NCBI GenBank assembly: GCA_046075565.1
Contig: JBJTQJ010000108.1
Span: forward strand, 32,001-96,000
Length of the DNA stretch: 64,000 bases
DNA from: Verrucomicrobiales bacterium
GTDB taxonomy: Bacteria; Verrucomicrobiota; Verrucomicrobiia; Verrucomicrobiales; SLCJ01
Direction of reading: 5' to 3'
The notes below the pieces were generated by a model. The model saw nothing but the letters and a program-made list of their open reading frames with translations. It ran no database searches and was not told where the DNA came from. Positions 1-9,185 of this stretch are shown one piece after another; the first letter of the stretch is position 1; every line of letters starts with the position of its first letter. The position numbers and the translations under genes are program-made.

Positions 1-942
1 GGCCATGAGCCCGAGCAGGCGACTGCTGAATTCCTCAGCGACGTCGTAGCCGAAACTGCGCAGTTTCTCATTCATCGCAGCCACTTCGATAAGTCGTGCC
101 ATGTCGCGCCCGGCGGCGACCGGAATTTCCACATGCGGGACTTCCACCCCCATGATCTCGATGTGTTCGCGTCTGGCCCCGAGACGGTCAACTTCGTTTA
201 ATGCGGACGCGGGCCGCAAACTGACGACAATATCAAGTCGCTTCTCGAGCCGGACCGCGCCTACCCCGAAGAGGGAAATGACGTTGATGATGCCTAATCC
301 TCGGACTTCCATGACCGCCCTGCCCATGGCAGGTGGAGTTCCCACCAATTCCCCTCCGGTGCGACGCAAATGCACCAAATCGTCCGCGACGAGACTTGCT
401 CCTCGTTCCACCAGTCCCAAGGCAGCTTCGCTCTTTCCGGTGCCGCTTTCGCCGCGGATCAGCAGGCCGATTCCTCTCACATCCACCATACAGCCGTGTT
501 CGCTGCAGACGGGAGCGAATTCCCATTCCAGCTTGAGGGTGGCCTTGCTGATGAAGTTCATCGTCACGCTTGGCGAGGTGAAGACTGAAACGCCGTGGCG
601 TTCCGCTTCCTCCAGCAGCGCGGGTTCGAGGGTGGCCCCGCGGGAAACGACAAGGCAAGGAATGCCGGTGGCGCACATGGTTCCGAATCGCTCCACCCGA
701 AGTGCGGGCGGCAAGCTTTTCAAATACGATGTCTCGCTGTTGCCGAGAACCTGGATCCTACGTTTGGCGAAATAGGTGAAAAATCCGGCGAGGGCGAGAC
801 CGGGCCTGTTGATGGTCGGTTCGCTGATGTGCCGATCAAGCCCGTTCTCGCATTTGACGAGTTGAAGTCCCAACTCGGGTCCATACTTGGCGTAAAAGTC
901 CCGGACGGTGAGGAAGCTGATTTGGCGCGGCTGGCCTTTCAT
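1..942 (-). CDS. hprK: HPr kinase/phosphorylase (3' end runs off the window)
   Basis: Manual translation of the minus strand from ATG at 942: MKGQPRQISFLTVRDFY...INRPGLALAGFF...HGCMVDVRGIGLLIRGESGTGKSEAALGLVERGASLVADD...MEVRGLGIINV...GRDMARLIEVAA. Contains the HprK Walker A and EVRGLGII signatures. Absent from the ORF track because it has no stop in the window. Confidence 0.93.
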   Translation of the reverse strand, partial: MKGQPRQISFLTVRDFYAKYGPELGLQLVKCENGLDRHISEPTINRPGLALAGFFTYFAKRRIQVLGNSETSYLKSLPPALRVERFGTMCATGIPCLVVSRGATLEPALLEEAERHGVSVFTSPSVTMNFISKATLKLEWEFAPVCSEHGCMVDVRGIGLLIRGESGTGKSEAALGLVERGASLVADDLVHLRRTGGELVGTPPAMGRAVMEVRGLGIINVISLFGVGAVRLEKRLDIVVSLRPASALNEVDRLGARREHIEIMGVEVPHVEIPVAAGRDMARLIEVAAMNEKLRSFGYDVAEEFSSRLLGLMA

Positions 943-1022
943 GACGGCAATTTAGGCGGGGAGAGCCGGACCGGGCAACCCCGATTGCTGGATTTCCGCT
1001 CCGGAATCAAATCTAGGTTAGA

Positions 1023-1050
1023 ATTGACAATTTCCGCGGGTCCTGTCAAT
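1023..1050. promoter_or_regulatory. Inverted repeat ATTGACA-N14-TGTCAAT in the divergent hprK / Zn-ribbon intergenic region
   Basis: Perfect 7-bp arms, each containing a consensus sigma70 -35 box (TTGACA). Confidence 0.4.
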
Positions 1051-1059
1051 CTGGCGGTC

Positions 1060-1350
1060 ATGAATCGAAATTCCCCCGAGATTTGCCCGGTTTGCGGGGA
1101 GGATGTACCGCCAAATTCCTGGGCTTGTCCGGAATGTGGCGCTGATGAGAGGGCCGGGTGGAATGAGGATGATGCCTATGTGGATGCCTTGGACCTGCCG
1201 GAAGCGGAAAGTGAGGAAGAGGCTCGGGGGTCTTACCAGGCGTTCATGGAGCGCGAGTTCGGCGTGATCCCTTGGAAGAAGAGGCTCGGCATGGTTTTTG
1301 GAATCGTTTTGGTGGTGGTAATGGCCGTTTATTTGATTCGGTTTTTCTGA
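1060..1350 (+). CDS. Small zinc-ribbon membrane protein
   Basis: CPVCG...CPECG, an acidic linker and a C-terminal hydrophobic helix. Likely start is ATG 1060 within ORF 595..1350. Confidence 0.75.
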   Translation: MNRNSPEICPVCGEDVPPNSWACPECGADERAGWNEDDAYVDALDLPEAESEEEARGSYQAFMEREFGVIPWKKRLGMVFGIVLVVVMAVYLIRFF

Positions 1351-1359
1351 GCAAGCTCC

Positions 1360-2232
1360 TCATTTTTCCCCACCTCCGGCGACAATTCGGGTGCCGGCGA
1401 CGATGAGCACGGCCCCGAGGGGAAACCAGGGGCCGGGCACCTCTCCAAAAGCGAACCACCCGTAAATGCCCGCAAAAAGAAATTGCCCCCCCGTGGCGAC
1501 TCCGACAACCTGCCCTCTCCAGTAGCGCAAAGCCCGGGCAATGAGTCCATGCCCTACGATGGTCGGAAAAATCACGATGAGGAGAATCCATTTCCATTCT
1601 CCTGCGGGAGGAAAGCGGGGTCCTTCACCAACCAGCCACTCGCTGGCAAAGCCGGTCAACGACGCGATGGCAAAAACCGGCACAAGCCACGCGGCGGTCG
1701 CCGGAAAAAGACTCGCCGCCTTTCGGCCAAGCGCCATATAACAGGCCAGCAATACCATGGCGGCGAGACAAATGATATCTCCCCGCCAGGTGTCGCCAGA
1801 ACTCAGACTCGCCCCGACCAAGACGAGAACACCACCGAAACCCAACAAGGTTCCGACCCAATCACGGGGCCGGACCTTTTCCCCTGCCAGAGGAAGGAGA
1901 AGAAAGGGCAAGACGAGAGGGACGAGATTCACCAGCAGAGTCGCGTTGGCGGCAACGGTGGCACGGGCCCCGGCGACCCATGTGACAAAGTGACCACCGA
2001 GCAGCACTCCAGCGCAAAAGGCCCGGAACCAAGCGCCTTTGGGCAATTGGCTCCAATGCCCACGTCGGACAAATGGCAGAAAACAGATGCTTCCAAGGGC
2101 CATGCGCCAACCGGAGATTTCGCCGGCTCCGAGACCGCTCAATCGTATGAAGATGACTGATGATGCCATGGCGGCAACCGCCAGGACGAGCAATAAGGAT
2201 TCTCCAAGCCGACGTCTACCTCCTTCCTTCAT
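1360..2232 (-). CDS. DMT/EamA family transporter
   Basis: 290 aa, about 10 hydrophobic helices in two repeats. Confidence 0.85.
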   Translation of the reverse strand: MKEGGRRRLGESLLLVLAVAAMASSVIFIRLSGLGAGEISGWRMALGSICFLPFVRRGHWSQLPKGAWFRAFCAGVLLGGHFVTWVAGARATVAANATLLVNLVPLVLPFLLLPLAGEKVRPRDWVGTLLGFGGVLVLVGASLSSGDTWRGDIICLAAMVLLACYMALGRKAASLFPATAAWLVPVFAIASLTGFASEWLVGEGPRFPPAGEWKWILLIVIFPTIVGHGLIARALRYWRGQVVGVATGGQFLFAGIYGWFAFGEVPGPWFPLGAVLIVAGTRIVAGGGEK

Positions 2233-2382
2233 GCCTTACCATGCGACTCACGGGCATCCCGGGCAAGAACGAAGCAATGTGCACAAGAGCAGAGCGGAGG
2301 GGCTTGCAGCCCTTGGGACATCGTCCTTGAATGCCAATCGCTGCGGACCGCCGAGCTCGCAATCACCCGCCGCGCTACCACC

Positions 2383-4518
2383 TTACAGTGCGGAACGTTT
2401 CGCGAGTTTTTCGCGGCGGTCGGCGCGGTCGCGGAGAAGGGCCGCTTTTTTAACATCTCCTGCTTTCTCGTAGAAGCCGGCAACCTGACGCAAGACGGTG
2501 AGTTCGGCGGTCACACGGAAGTATTCCTTGTCGTCGGTTTCGATATGGCGCTTGTAGGCGAGTTCTATCTCGCGGCAGGCCTTTTCCATCCACACCGGAT
2601 CGGTGGCGGCATAACCAAAATACTGGCTGGCCATGACCCGGAAGGCCTCGGGTTTGTCGCCGAAGTCCTGGAAGGATTTCCGGTAGAGGGAGGAGATACC
2701 ATCGAAGTTCTTCGCCGTGGCGAGGATATCGGCCTCGCGTTCGATGCTGGCGGTGAGCAGGTCGGTGCGTCCGGTGTCGGTGTCCCGGTCGAGCCGGCGG
2801 CGTTCGCGGGCGACGTCACGCGCGTTGTCCTTGGCATCACGATGCGGGAAAACATGATCATCCTCGATGCCCTCGGCGAGTCTCAGGAAATCCGGGCGAT
2901 CCCTGAAGCGGCGCCGGATGGTGTCGGCCAGTTCTTCCCATTTTGCGAGGGTGGTCTTCGAGCGTTCATCCTCATGATAAGCGATGGCGGCTTTCCATGG
3001 CATCGGATGCTCGGGCGTATTCCGCAGGGCAAGGTCCAGGGCTTCTTCGGCGATAGCGTTCTGACCGAGTCCGAGAAATAGTTTCATGAAACGCAGATAG
3101 ACGGTGGTCTTTTCCAGACGTTCCGACCGGGTGCCGCGATCCGTGGTCATGGTGAGCATGGACTGGTGCATACGCTCGCCTGTTACCGGATGATTGGTCG
3201 TGCCGGTGGTGTATCCGACGTTTCCGGCTTCCGCCCATGTGTCCTCGTCGGGCATATAAACGATCCATGCGTGGGGACCGCGATCCCCATCGCCGGAAAC
3301 GATGGTGGCGGGGATACCATGGCATTTCGCGGTATTGGCCGAAAAGTAGGACTGGTCGGCGCAGACGCCGCCGTGCTCGAGGATCTGCTCGAAAGTGTAC
3401 GCCTCATAGGGATTGAGTCCGTTGACGGCGCGCTCCATGAGATACTCGATCATGCCGTAAGCCTCACCCCAACGTTTCTGGGGCAAGTGCATCTTCTTCA
3501 GCGCCCATTCGATCTCCGAATCATCCACCGGCACATCAACCACCCAGATAAGAGCGGTCGATTTCATCCGATGAATGCGACCGGTGAGCCGGCCCTTTTC
3601 GGAATTGTCGCGGAAAAGCCGGTAGCGGGTGTTGGCGCGGGAATCCGGATTGCCATAGTCGTCTTCCGGAAAGACCAGGGCACAAGCGAGGGCCAGCGCC
3701 GCGTATTTGTCGCGGAGCTCGGTTTTTTCCTCGGCGGCCCAGATCGAGGACCATCCCTTGAGCACACGCGTGAGATCGGCGGAGCCATCGGCGGACTGCA
3801 GCAAATCGGCGAGCGCATCGGGGTTTTTCTCTAACAACCAGAAGTAGAATTCGTGTTCCGGGCTGTTGTTGGCGAGTTCGCGGAGGAAACTCTCGTCCAC
3901 GGCCTGGGCAAAGCCCTGGAGATCCATGGCGCGCCGGAACAATGGCTCGGCGAGCAGGGCATTGAAACGATCAACGCCGGTGCGGAGGGCGACCTTTTGG
4001 ATAGCATCATGGAATCCGCGTTCGAGAAACTCCTGGAATCCCTTCCATTCGCCGGTTTCGACGGCGACATGGATGGCAAGGGAGAGGTTATCCAAATTCG
4101 ACTGGCGGTTGGCCAGCGGGGTCATGAGATGGAGTTGCTCCTTGAAGATGGCGAGGCGGGGATCCTTCTCATCGCCGGATTTCGGCGTTTCCTCTTCCGG
4201 TTGCGGAGCGACTTGGGGTGCTTGCGCGACCTCTTCCGGCGCTTCCGCGACGGGCGGGTGAACGAAGTCAGGCGTGACAACGGCCACTTCGGGAGCCGCC
4301 GGAGGAAGCGCAGCCACGGGCACGGCTGCGGTTTGTTTGACCGGCTTGGGACGGCTCATGAGAAAACCGATGGCTCCGAGCACGAGAAGCACCGCGAGGC
4401 CGATGGCAAGGTATCCGCCGTGGTCCTTCGCCTCGGATGAATCTTGGCGGCGGGGATGGCCATGGTCCAGCCCGGGCCGTGCGGTTGGCAGTTTCGGACG
4501 AGACGGAGGCTTAGCCAT
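2383..4518 (-). CDS. Membrane-anchored protein with a transglutaminase-like core
   Basis: N-terminal TM helix, Pro/Ala linker, GGVCADQS...GIPA...GPHAW motif, then a helical C-terminal region. Start ATG 4518 or 4524. Confidence 0.65.
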   Translation of the reverse strand: MAKPPSRPKLPTARPGLDHGHPRRQDSSEAKDHGGYLAIGLAVLLVLGAIGFLMSRPKPVKQTAAVPVAALPPAAPEVAVVTPDFVHPPVAEAPEEVAQAPQVAPQPEEETPKSGDEKDPRLAIFKEQLHLMTPLANRQSNLDNLSLAIHVAVETGEWKGFQEFLERGFHDAIQKVALRTGVDRFNALLAEPLFRRAMDLQGFAQAVDESFLRELANNSPEHEFYFWLLEKNPDALADLLQSADGSADLTRVLKGWSSIWAAEEKTELRDKYAALALACALVFPEDDYGNPDSRANTRYRLFRDNSEKGRLTGRIHRMKSTALIWVVDVPVDDSEIEWALKKMHLPQKRWGEAYGMIEYLMERAVNGLNPYEAYTFEQILEHGGVCADQSYFSANTAKCHGIPATIVSGDGDRGPHAWIVYMPDEDTWAEAGNVGYTTGTTNHPVTGERMHQSMLTMTTDRGTRSERLEKTTVYLRFMKLFLGLGQNAIAEEALDLALRNTPEHPMPWKAAIAYHEDERSKTTLAKWEELADTIRRRFRDRPDFLRLAEGIEDDHVFPHRDAKDNARDVARERRRLDRDTDTGRTDLLTASIEREADILATAKNFDGISSLYRKSFQDFGDKPEAFRVMASQYFGYAATDPVWMEKACREIELAYKRHIETDDKEYFRVTAELTVLRQVAGFYEKAGDVKKAALLRDRADRREKLAKRSAL

Positions 4519-4683
4519 ATTCATGGGGAAACTATCAGGAAAGCGCCGGGTTGCCAACTTTTCGCGCTGAATTTCGCCCAACACTGCTTTCTCTCCAGCA
4601 GAAAGCCGCCTTCTGGTTCGATGGTGATTCCAAAGAAATCAAATCCGAGTGGCGGACCTGCTGAAGTCCGGGTAGGGTCGCCG

Positions 4684-5280
4684 ATGGCCGCGACACCGTC
4701 CACCTTGCTACTGCCCTTGGGAACTCCCCTGCCCTCTTTTGACCTGCCGGATGGAACAAGTGTCCACCATTGCTTCGATCGAGCAAACGGGCGACCGACA
4801 GTGGTCATTTTCGCGTGCAATCATTGTCCCTACGTGGTGCATCTGGCGCCCGCTGTCGGGGCCATGGCGCGGGAATTCGCCGGGCGGGTGGACTTTTTCG
4901 CCATCAACAGCAACGACGTGAAACAATATCCCGAGGACCGGGCGGAACTTATGCCTGACTTCGCGGCGGAAAACGGTTGGAGTTTCCCGTATCTGGCGGA
5001 CGAAACCCAAGATGTGGCCGTGGCCTACGGAGCGGCCTGCACTCCGGACTTTTTTGTTGGTGACCGGGAAGGAAGGCTGTTTTACCGGGGTCAATTCGAT
5101 GATTCCCGCCCCGCGCGGTCCGGACGTCCGGAAATTCAAGTCGATGGGCGCGACCTCCGGGCGGCCCTCATGGCCTTATTGGGGGGGGGAGCCGCGCCGG
5201 CAAGCCAATTCCCCAGCCTTGGATGCAACATCAAATGGCGTTTGGGGAGGGAGCCAACATGGTTTCAGACAGCGAAATGA
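4684..5280 (+). CDS. Thioredoxin-family (AhpC/TSA-like) protein
   Basis: CNHCPYV, YLADETQDVA, ACTPDFF, YRGQFDDSRP and GCNIKW motifs. Confidence 0.9.
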   Translation: MAATPSTLLLPLGTPLPSFDLPDGTSVHHCFDRANGRPTVVIFACNHCPYVVHLAPAVGAMAREFAGRVDFFAINSNDVKQYPEDRAELMPDFAAENGWSFPYLADETQDVAVAYGAACTPDFFVGDREGRLFYRGQFDDSRPARSGRPEIQVDGRDLRAALMALLGGGAAPASQFPSLGCNIKWRLGREPTWFQTAK

Positions 5281-5379
5281 CAACAATTATGGCTTTGCTT
5301 ATTTTTTGCCCATTATATTTGCAGAATCTTTATAATTATATTCAATATGGATTATTAGAACTGATACTGATATCCAAAA

Positions 5380-6252
5380 ATGAAGACACAATCCTTTCAA
5401 AATTACCCGAAGCTGGTCGCGGGGCGCTTTGAAATCCTTGGTTTGCTTGGCATAGGCGGCATGTCCGAGGTTTATCGGGCCTGGGATTGCGAGAGAAACG
5501 AAGTCGTTGCTTTCAAAAAGGTGAAGGACGGCTCGGCCCGGCAAAAGGAGGCGATGGTCCGGGAGGCGGATGCTCTCAGACGGCTTTCCCATCCTGCCAT
5601 CTTGAAATGCCACGCCTCGGGAGTGGAAGATGGAGACGAATGGTTGGCCCTCGAGTATGTGCCGGGCTGGGATGCCGGTGCGGTGGTGAAGGCCCATAGC
5701 TTCGACCAAGTCGACTTTCCCCGTGTGGCTGCGCAGGCGCTGCAAGCTTTCGCTAGCGCGCATGAGGGAGGATATGTCCATGGTGACATCAAACCCGGCA
5801 ACCTGATGCTGGAAAAAACCACCGGCCCATGGCGGGCCAAGCTGGTTGATTTCGGGCTTTGTGCGCGGCCTTCCGAACATGACGGCGGGACAAGCGGCCC
5901 GAGCCGCGACGATCAAGGCTCGCTCTATTTCCTCGCCCCGGAGCGTTTTTCCGGCCAACCGGTTTCGGTTGCCGCGGATCTCTACTCCTTGGGCGCGGTC
6001 TTCTATTTCCTGCTCTCGGGGTGCTTCCCCGTGGATGGCGGCAGCGAAATCGAAATCATGGCCGGCCATGTGCTGGGTCGCATCGAGTCCCTCGAGAAAA
6101 TCTCGGATGTGGACCCGTTGATTGCCCAATGGTTGATGAACTTGCTCGCTTGCGAACCGGAAGATCGCCCCGTGTCGGCGCTGGCCGCTCTTCGCGGACT
6201 TGCCTCCGCCCTTGCCCACCGTGGGATTCTCGGCGGTGCGACGGCGAAATGA
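5380..6252 (+). CDS. Hanks-type Ser/Thr protein kinase, catalytic domain only
   Basis: GIGGMSEV, VAFKK, HGDIKPGN, DFG, APE and DLYSLG motifs all present. Confidence 0.9.
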   Translation: MKTQSFQNYPKLVAGRFEILGLLGIGGMSEVYRAWDCERNEVVAFKKVKDGSARQKEAMVREADALRRLSHPAILKCHASGVEDGDEWLALEYVPGWDAGAVVKAHSFDQVDFPRVAAQALQAFASAHEGGYVHGDIKPGNLMLEKTTGPWRAKLVDFGLCARPSEHDGGTSGPSRDDQGSLYFLAPERFSGQPVSVAADLYSLGAVFYFLLSGCFPVDGGSEIEIMAGHVLGRIESLEKISDVDPLIAQWLMNLLACEPEDRPVSALAALRGLASALAHRGILGGATAK

Positions 6253-6253
6253 G

Positions 6254-7396
6254 TCAGGACAGGGACTCGAGAAATTTGCGGTAAAAGATCACGCCCTCCT
6301 CAAGCTCGGCGATGGAGATCCATTCGTCCACCGTATGGGCCTGTTCAATGGATCCCGGTCCTGCGGCCACCGCGGGAATCCCGCCGCTCGCAAGATGGGC
6401 CGCATCGCAGAACCACGGCGCGGTGGTCAACGAACTCCCCGTCGATTCAAGGAGTCGCTTCACCATCGGGTGACCGGCGGGTGTGAGCAGTGGAAGGCAA
6501 GAGAATCGCTCGTAAACATGAATCGAGCACTCCGGGAACTCGCGGTCCAGAAAATCCGTGATCATCTTGACGGGGTCGGCGTCCGCAAACGCCGGAGTTG
6601 TTCTCATATCGATGGTCAGGGTTGCGCGGTCGGGCACGATATTGGGTCGCGTGCCGCCGTGGAATTCTCCCGGATTGATGGTTGGTTCTCCGAGAACCGG
6701 GTCGGAGAAATTCTCGCGCAAATACTGACGGAATTTTCCATCGAGAGCGAGCACGAGACGCGATGCGGTCACGATGGCATTGTCGCCGAGGTCCGGGCGC
6801 GAGGCATGGCAGGCACGTCCGCGCGCCACCAGATCCATCCACGTGCATCCCTTGTGGGCATGGACGATTTGGCATCCGGTGGGTTCGCCAACCAGAGCGA
6901 AATCATAACCACCGGCATAGCGGCTTGCGAAATCGATGGAGCCCGGCTGGCCGGTTTCCTCCCCCATCAACCCGACGAATGTGATCTCCGTGGAGAAATC
7001 CGGTAAACGCTCGCGCAGTTCGCCCAATGCCGCGAGCATGGCCGCCATCGTGCCTTTCGTGTCGCAAGCTCCTCGCCCGTATACGCGGCCATTGGCAATT
7101 TCTCCTTCGAATGGATCGATGGTCATGCCCCCGACGCCCACGGTATCCAAATGGGGGGCCAAGAGAACCCGCGCCTTCGGCGTGCCCCGGCAAGGGAAAC
7201 GCCCAATGACATTCGGTCTTCCAGGTTGCACCTCCTCAAAATGGACGTCCGCGCCCAATCCCGAGAGCAGACCACCCACATGCCGGGCAATCTTCTCTTC
7301 CCCGAGATTCGCGCATTCCGTGCCGGGGTGGCTGTTGGGGTTCACGCTCGGAATCCTCACGAGTTGTTGGAGAATGGTTACGACATCCTGGGACAT
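6254..7396 (-). CDS. M20 family metallopeptidase (ArgE/DapE-like)
   Basis: HLDTV, GRGACDTKG, GEE, GEPT and AHT motifs. Start MSQDVV at 7396. Confidence 0.88.
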   Translation of the reverse strand: MSQDVVTILQQLVRIPSVNPNSHPGTECANLGEEKIARHVGGLLSGLGADVHFEEVQPGRPNVIGRFPCRGTPKARVLLAPHLDTVGVGGMTIDPFEGEIANGRVYGRGACDTKGTMAAMLAALGELRERLPDFSTEITFVGLMGEETGQPGSIDFASRYAGGYDFALVGEPTGCQIVHAHKGCTWMDLVARGRACHASRPDLGDNAIVTASRLVLALDGKFRQYLRENFSDPVLGEPTINPGEFHGGTRPNIVPDRATLTIDMRTTPAFADADPVKMITDFLDREFPECSIHVYERFSCLPLLTPAGHPMVKRLLESTGSSLTTAPWFCDAAHLASGGIPAVAAGPGSIEQAHTVDEWISIAELEEGVIFYRKFLESLS

Positions 7397-7512
7397 GCGC
7401 CACCATAACCATGGGCGGTCACATGGCGAATCCGATTTTCTATGGCAAGCCTTGCCAAACTCCGGGAACGGCCCCAATCTACTGCCAGCCGTTCCAAAAC
7501 GGCGCTCATCTC

Positions 7513-8601
7513 ATGAATCGATTCTTCCCCATCCGCCATGCCGCCGCCGCGCTGTTGATGTTCGGTCAGATGGCACCGGCGCAGGATTCTCTCCTTACGG
7601 AGAAGGAACAGGAAAGCATGCTCAAACGCCTCGATTCGCTTGAAGAAGAGGCCGGCCGCCTCGCCTCGGGCCGTCTGGCTACCGCCGTGACCGCCTTCAA
7701 AGCCGGACTCGCCGGCAATGAAGCCACCATTGATCTTTATTTGCAGTGTATTGAGAAAGTCCGTTACATCGATCAGAACCGCCCGCTCATCGAGTTCCGC
7801 GAGTGGAAACGGACGCAGAAGGACAAATTCAGCGAAATCTCCTTCCGAGAGGCCCTTCGTTATCAACTCCGTTGGCTGCTGCTCGGACTCGAAATGGCGA
7901 GCAAGGAACTCGCACCCGGCGAAATGGGAGAGAAAGCGGCGGAACTCGTCGCTGCGGTCATCCGGGATGCGAAATTGCTCGGTCCCCACACGGCCATGAT
8001 GAAGGACAGCGCCTTCGGCACGGTTTTCGCCAATGCCTACAGGGTCGGCCATCTCGCACCCGAGGGCTGGCCTGCGAGCCCTCTTCCGGTCGGACCAGTC
8101 TATGAGCAACTCATTTTGCCGCGCCTGAGAATGAGCGGCGACATCCAACGCCTCGAAACGGCATGGACCACCCGCATTAATCAGGAAACCGCGCTCATGA
8201 CCACGTCCGCCGAGGCCGACAAGGAAAAAGGCGAGGCCGATCTCGACCGTTTCAACACCGAGGAACGCCCCCGACTCCTATGGAAAATGCTCACCGACAT
8301 CTACCGGGCGGGCGGACAACGCCAATCGGCGGGAAAAATGCTTTCCTTCCTGGAAGCGAACCTCTCCCACCGTTTGGCCGTCGAATGGGCCTCCGAGATG
8401 AAAGGCTTGTTGGAGGTGGTCGGCAGTCCCGATTACCCACCAACCGAAGCCACGACCGGCTCGCCACCGCCGGCGGTGAAAGAGGAAACTCCGGAGCCAC
8501 CGGGTTCCATCACCCCCGTGCCCATGGCCCCGCCCAAGCCCCCTCCCCCAGCGCCTGCACCAAGTTCCGATCCCTTCGATGCGGTTAACCAACCCGGCTG
8601 A
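7513..8601 (+). CDS. Exported hypothetical protein with a Pro-rich C-terminus
   Basis: Signal-peptide-like MNRFFPIRHAAAALLMFGQMAPA, helical body, Pro-rich tail. Confidence 0.7.
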   Translation: MNRFFPIRHAAAALLMFGQMAPAQDSLLTEKEQESMLKRLDSLEEEAGRLASGRLATAVTAFKAGLAGNEATIDLYLQCIEKVRYIDQNRPLIEFREWKRTQKDKFSEISFREALRYQLRWLLLGLEMASKELAPGEMGEKAAELVAAVIRDAKLLGPHTAMMKDSAFGTVFANAYRVGHLAPEGWPASPLPVGPVYEQLILPRLRMSGDIQRLETAWTTRINQETALMTTSAEADKEKGEADLDRFNTEERPRLLWKMLTDIYRAGGQRQSAGKMLSFLEANLSHRLAVEWASEMKGLLEVVGSPDYPPTEATTGSPPPAVKEETPEPPGSITPVPMAPPKPPPPAPAPSSDPFDAVNQPG

Positions 8602-8725
8602 AAACCCGCCCATCGGAGAATGTGGCGTGAATGTTGCTTTTCTAATGGTGCTGGAGAAGTAAAGTCTCCGCCCTTCCTCCATTCTTGAGGAAGGCTCGCT
8701 AACCACCACTTCACTACCACGCACC

Positions 8726-9175
8726 ATGATCACCAAAAGCACCGATCCGAAAATCGGCGCCTGCCTCGCCACTTTCACCTGCCTCCCGCCGCACGGGGCC
8801 AAACACGTCTCCATCTGCGGGGACTTCAACCAATGGCAGGCGGGACATGACACCATGACCCGCGAAGCAGATGGAACATTCACCATCACGCTGACCCTCA
8901 AAGAGGGCAGCCGCTTCTCCTTCAAATACCTTGCCGATGTCGGCGGCTGGCTCAACGACGAGAAGGCCGACGATTACCTGCAGAACGAATATGGCGTCTG
9001 GAACTCCATCGTCGCCACCCCCGCGGCCCCGAAGAAACCCGCCGCGAAAAAGGCACCGGCCAAGAAGGCGGTCGTGAAATCCGAACCGGAAAAACCAGCT
9101 CCTGTCGCGAAAAAGGCTCCCGCCAAAAAAGCCCCGGCCAAGAAAAAGGCCGCCGCGAAGAAGGCGAAGCCCTGA
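8726..9175 (+). CDS. Glycogen-binding (CBM48 / isoamylase early-set) domain fused to a PAKK-repeat histone H1-like tail
   Basis: VSICGDFNQW...DGTFTITLTL...FKYLAD.GGWLND...NEYG..NSIV, followed by about 50 aa of P/A/K repeats. Confidence 0.85.
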   Translation: MITKSTDPKIGACLATFTCLPPHGAKHVSICGDFNQWQAGHDTMTREADGTFTITLTLKEGSRFSFKYLADVGGWLNDEKADDYLQNEYGVWNSIVATPAAPKKPAAKKAPAKKAVVKSEPEKPAPVAKKAPAKKAPAKKKAAAKKAKP

Positions 9176-9185
9176 GCCTCACCGC

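Noticed and set aside
101-775. 224-aa plus-strand ORF and the 5' part of ORF 595..1350
   Set aside because: Antisense shadow of hprK, which is clearly recognisable on the minus strand.
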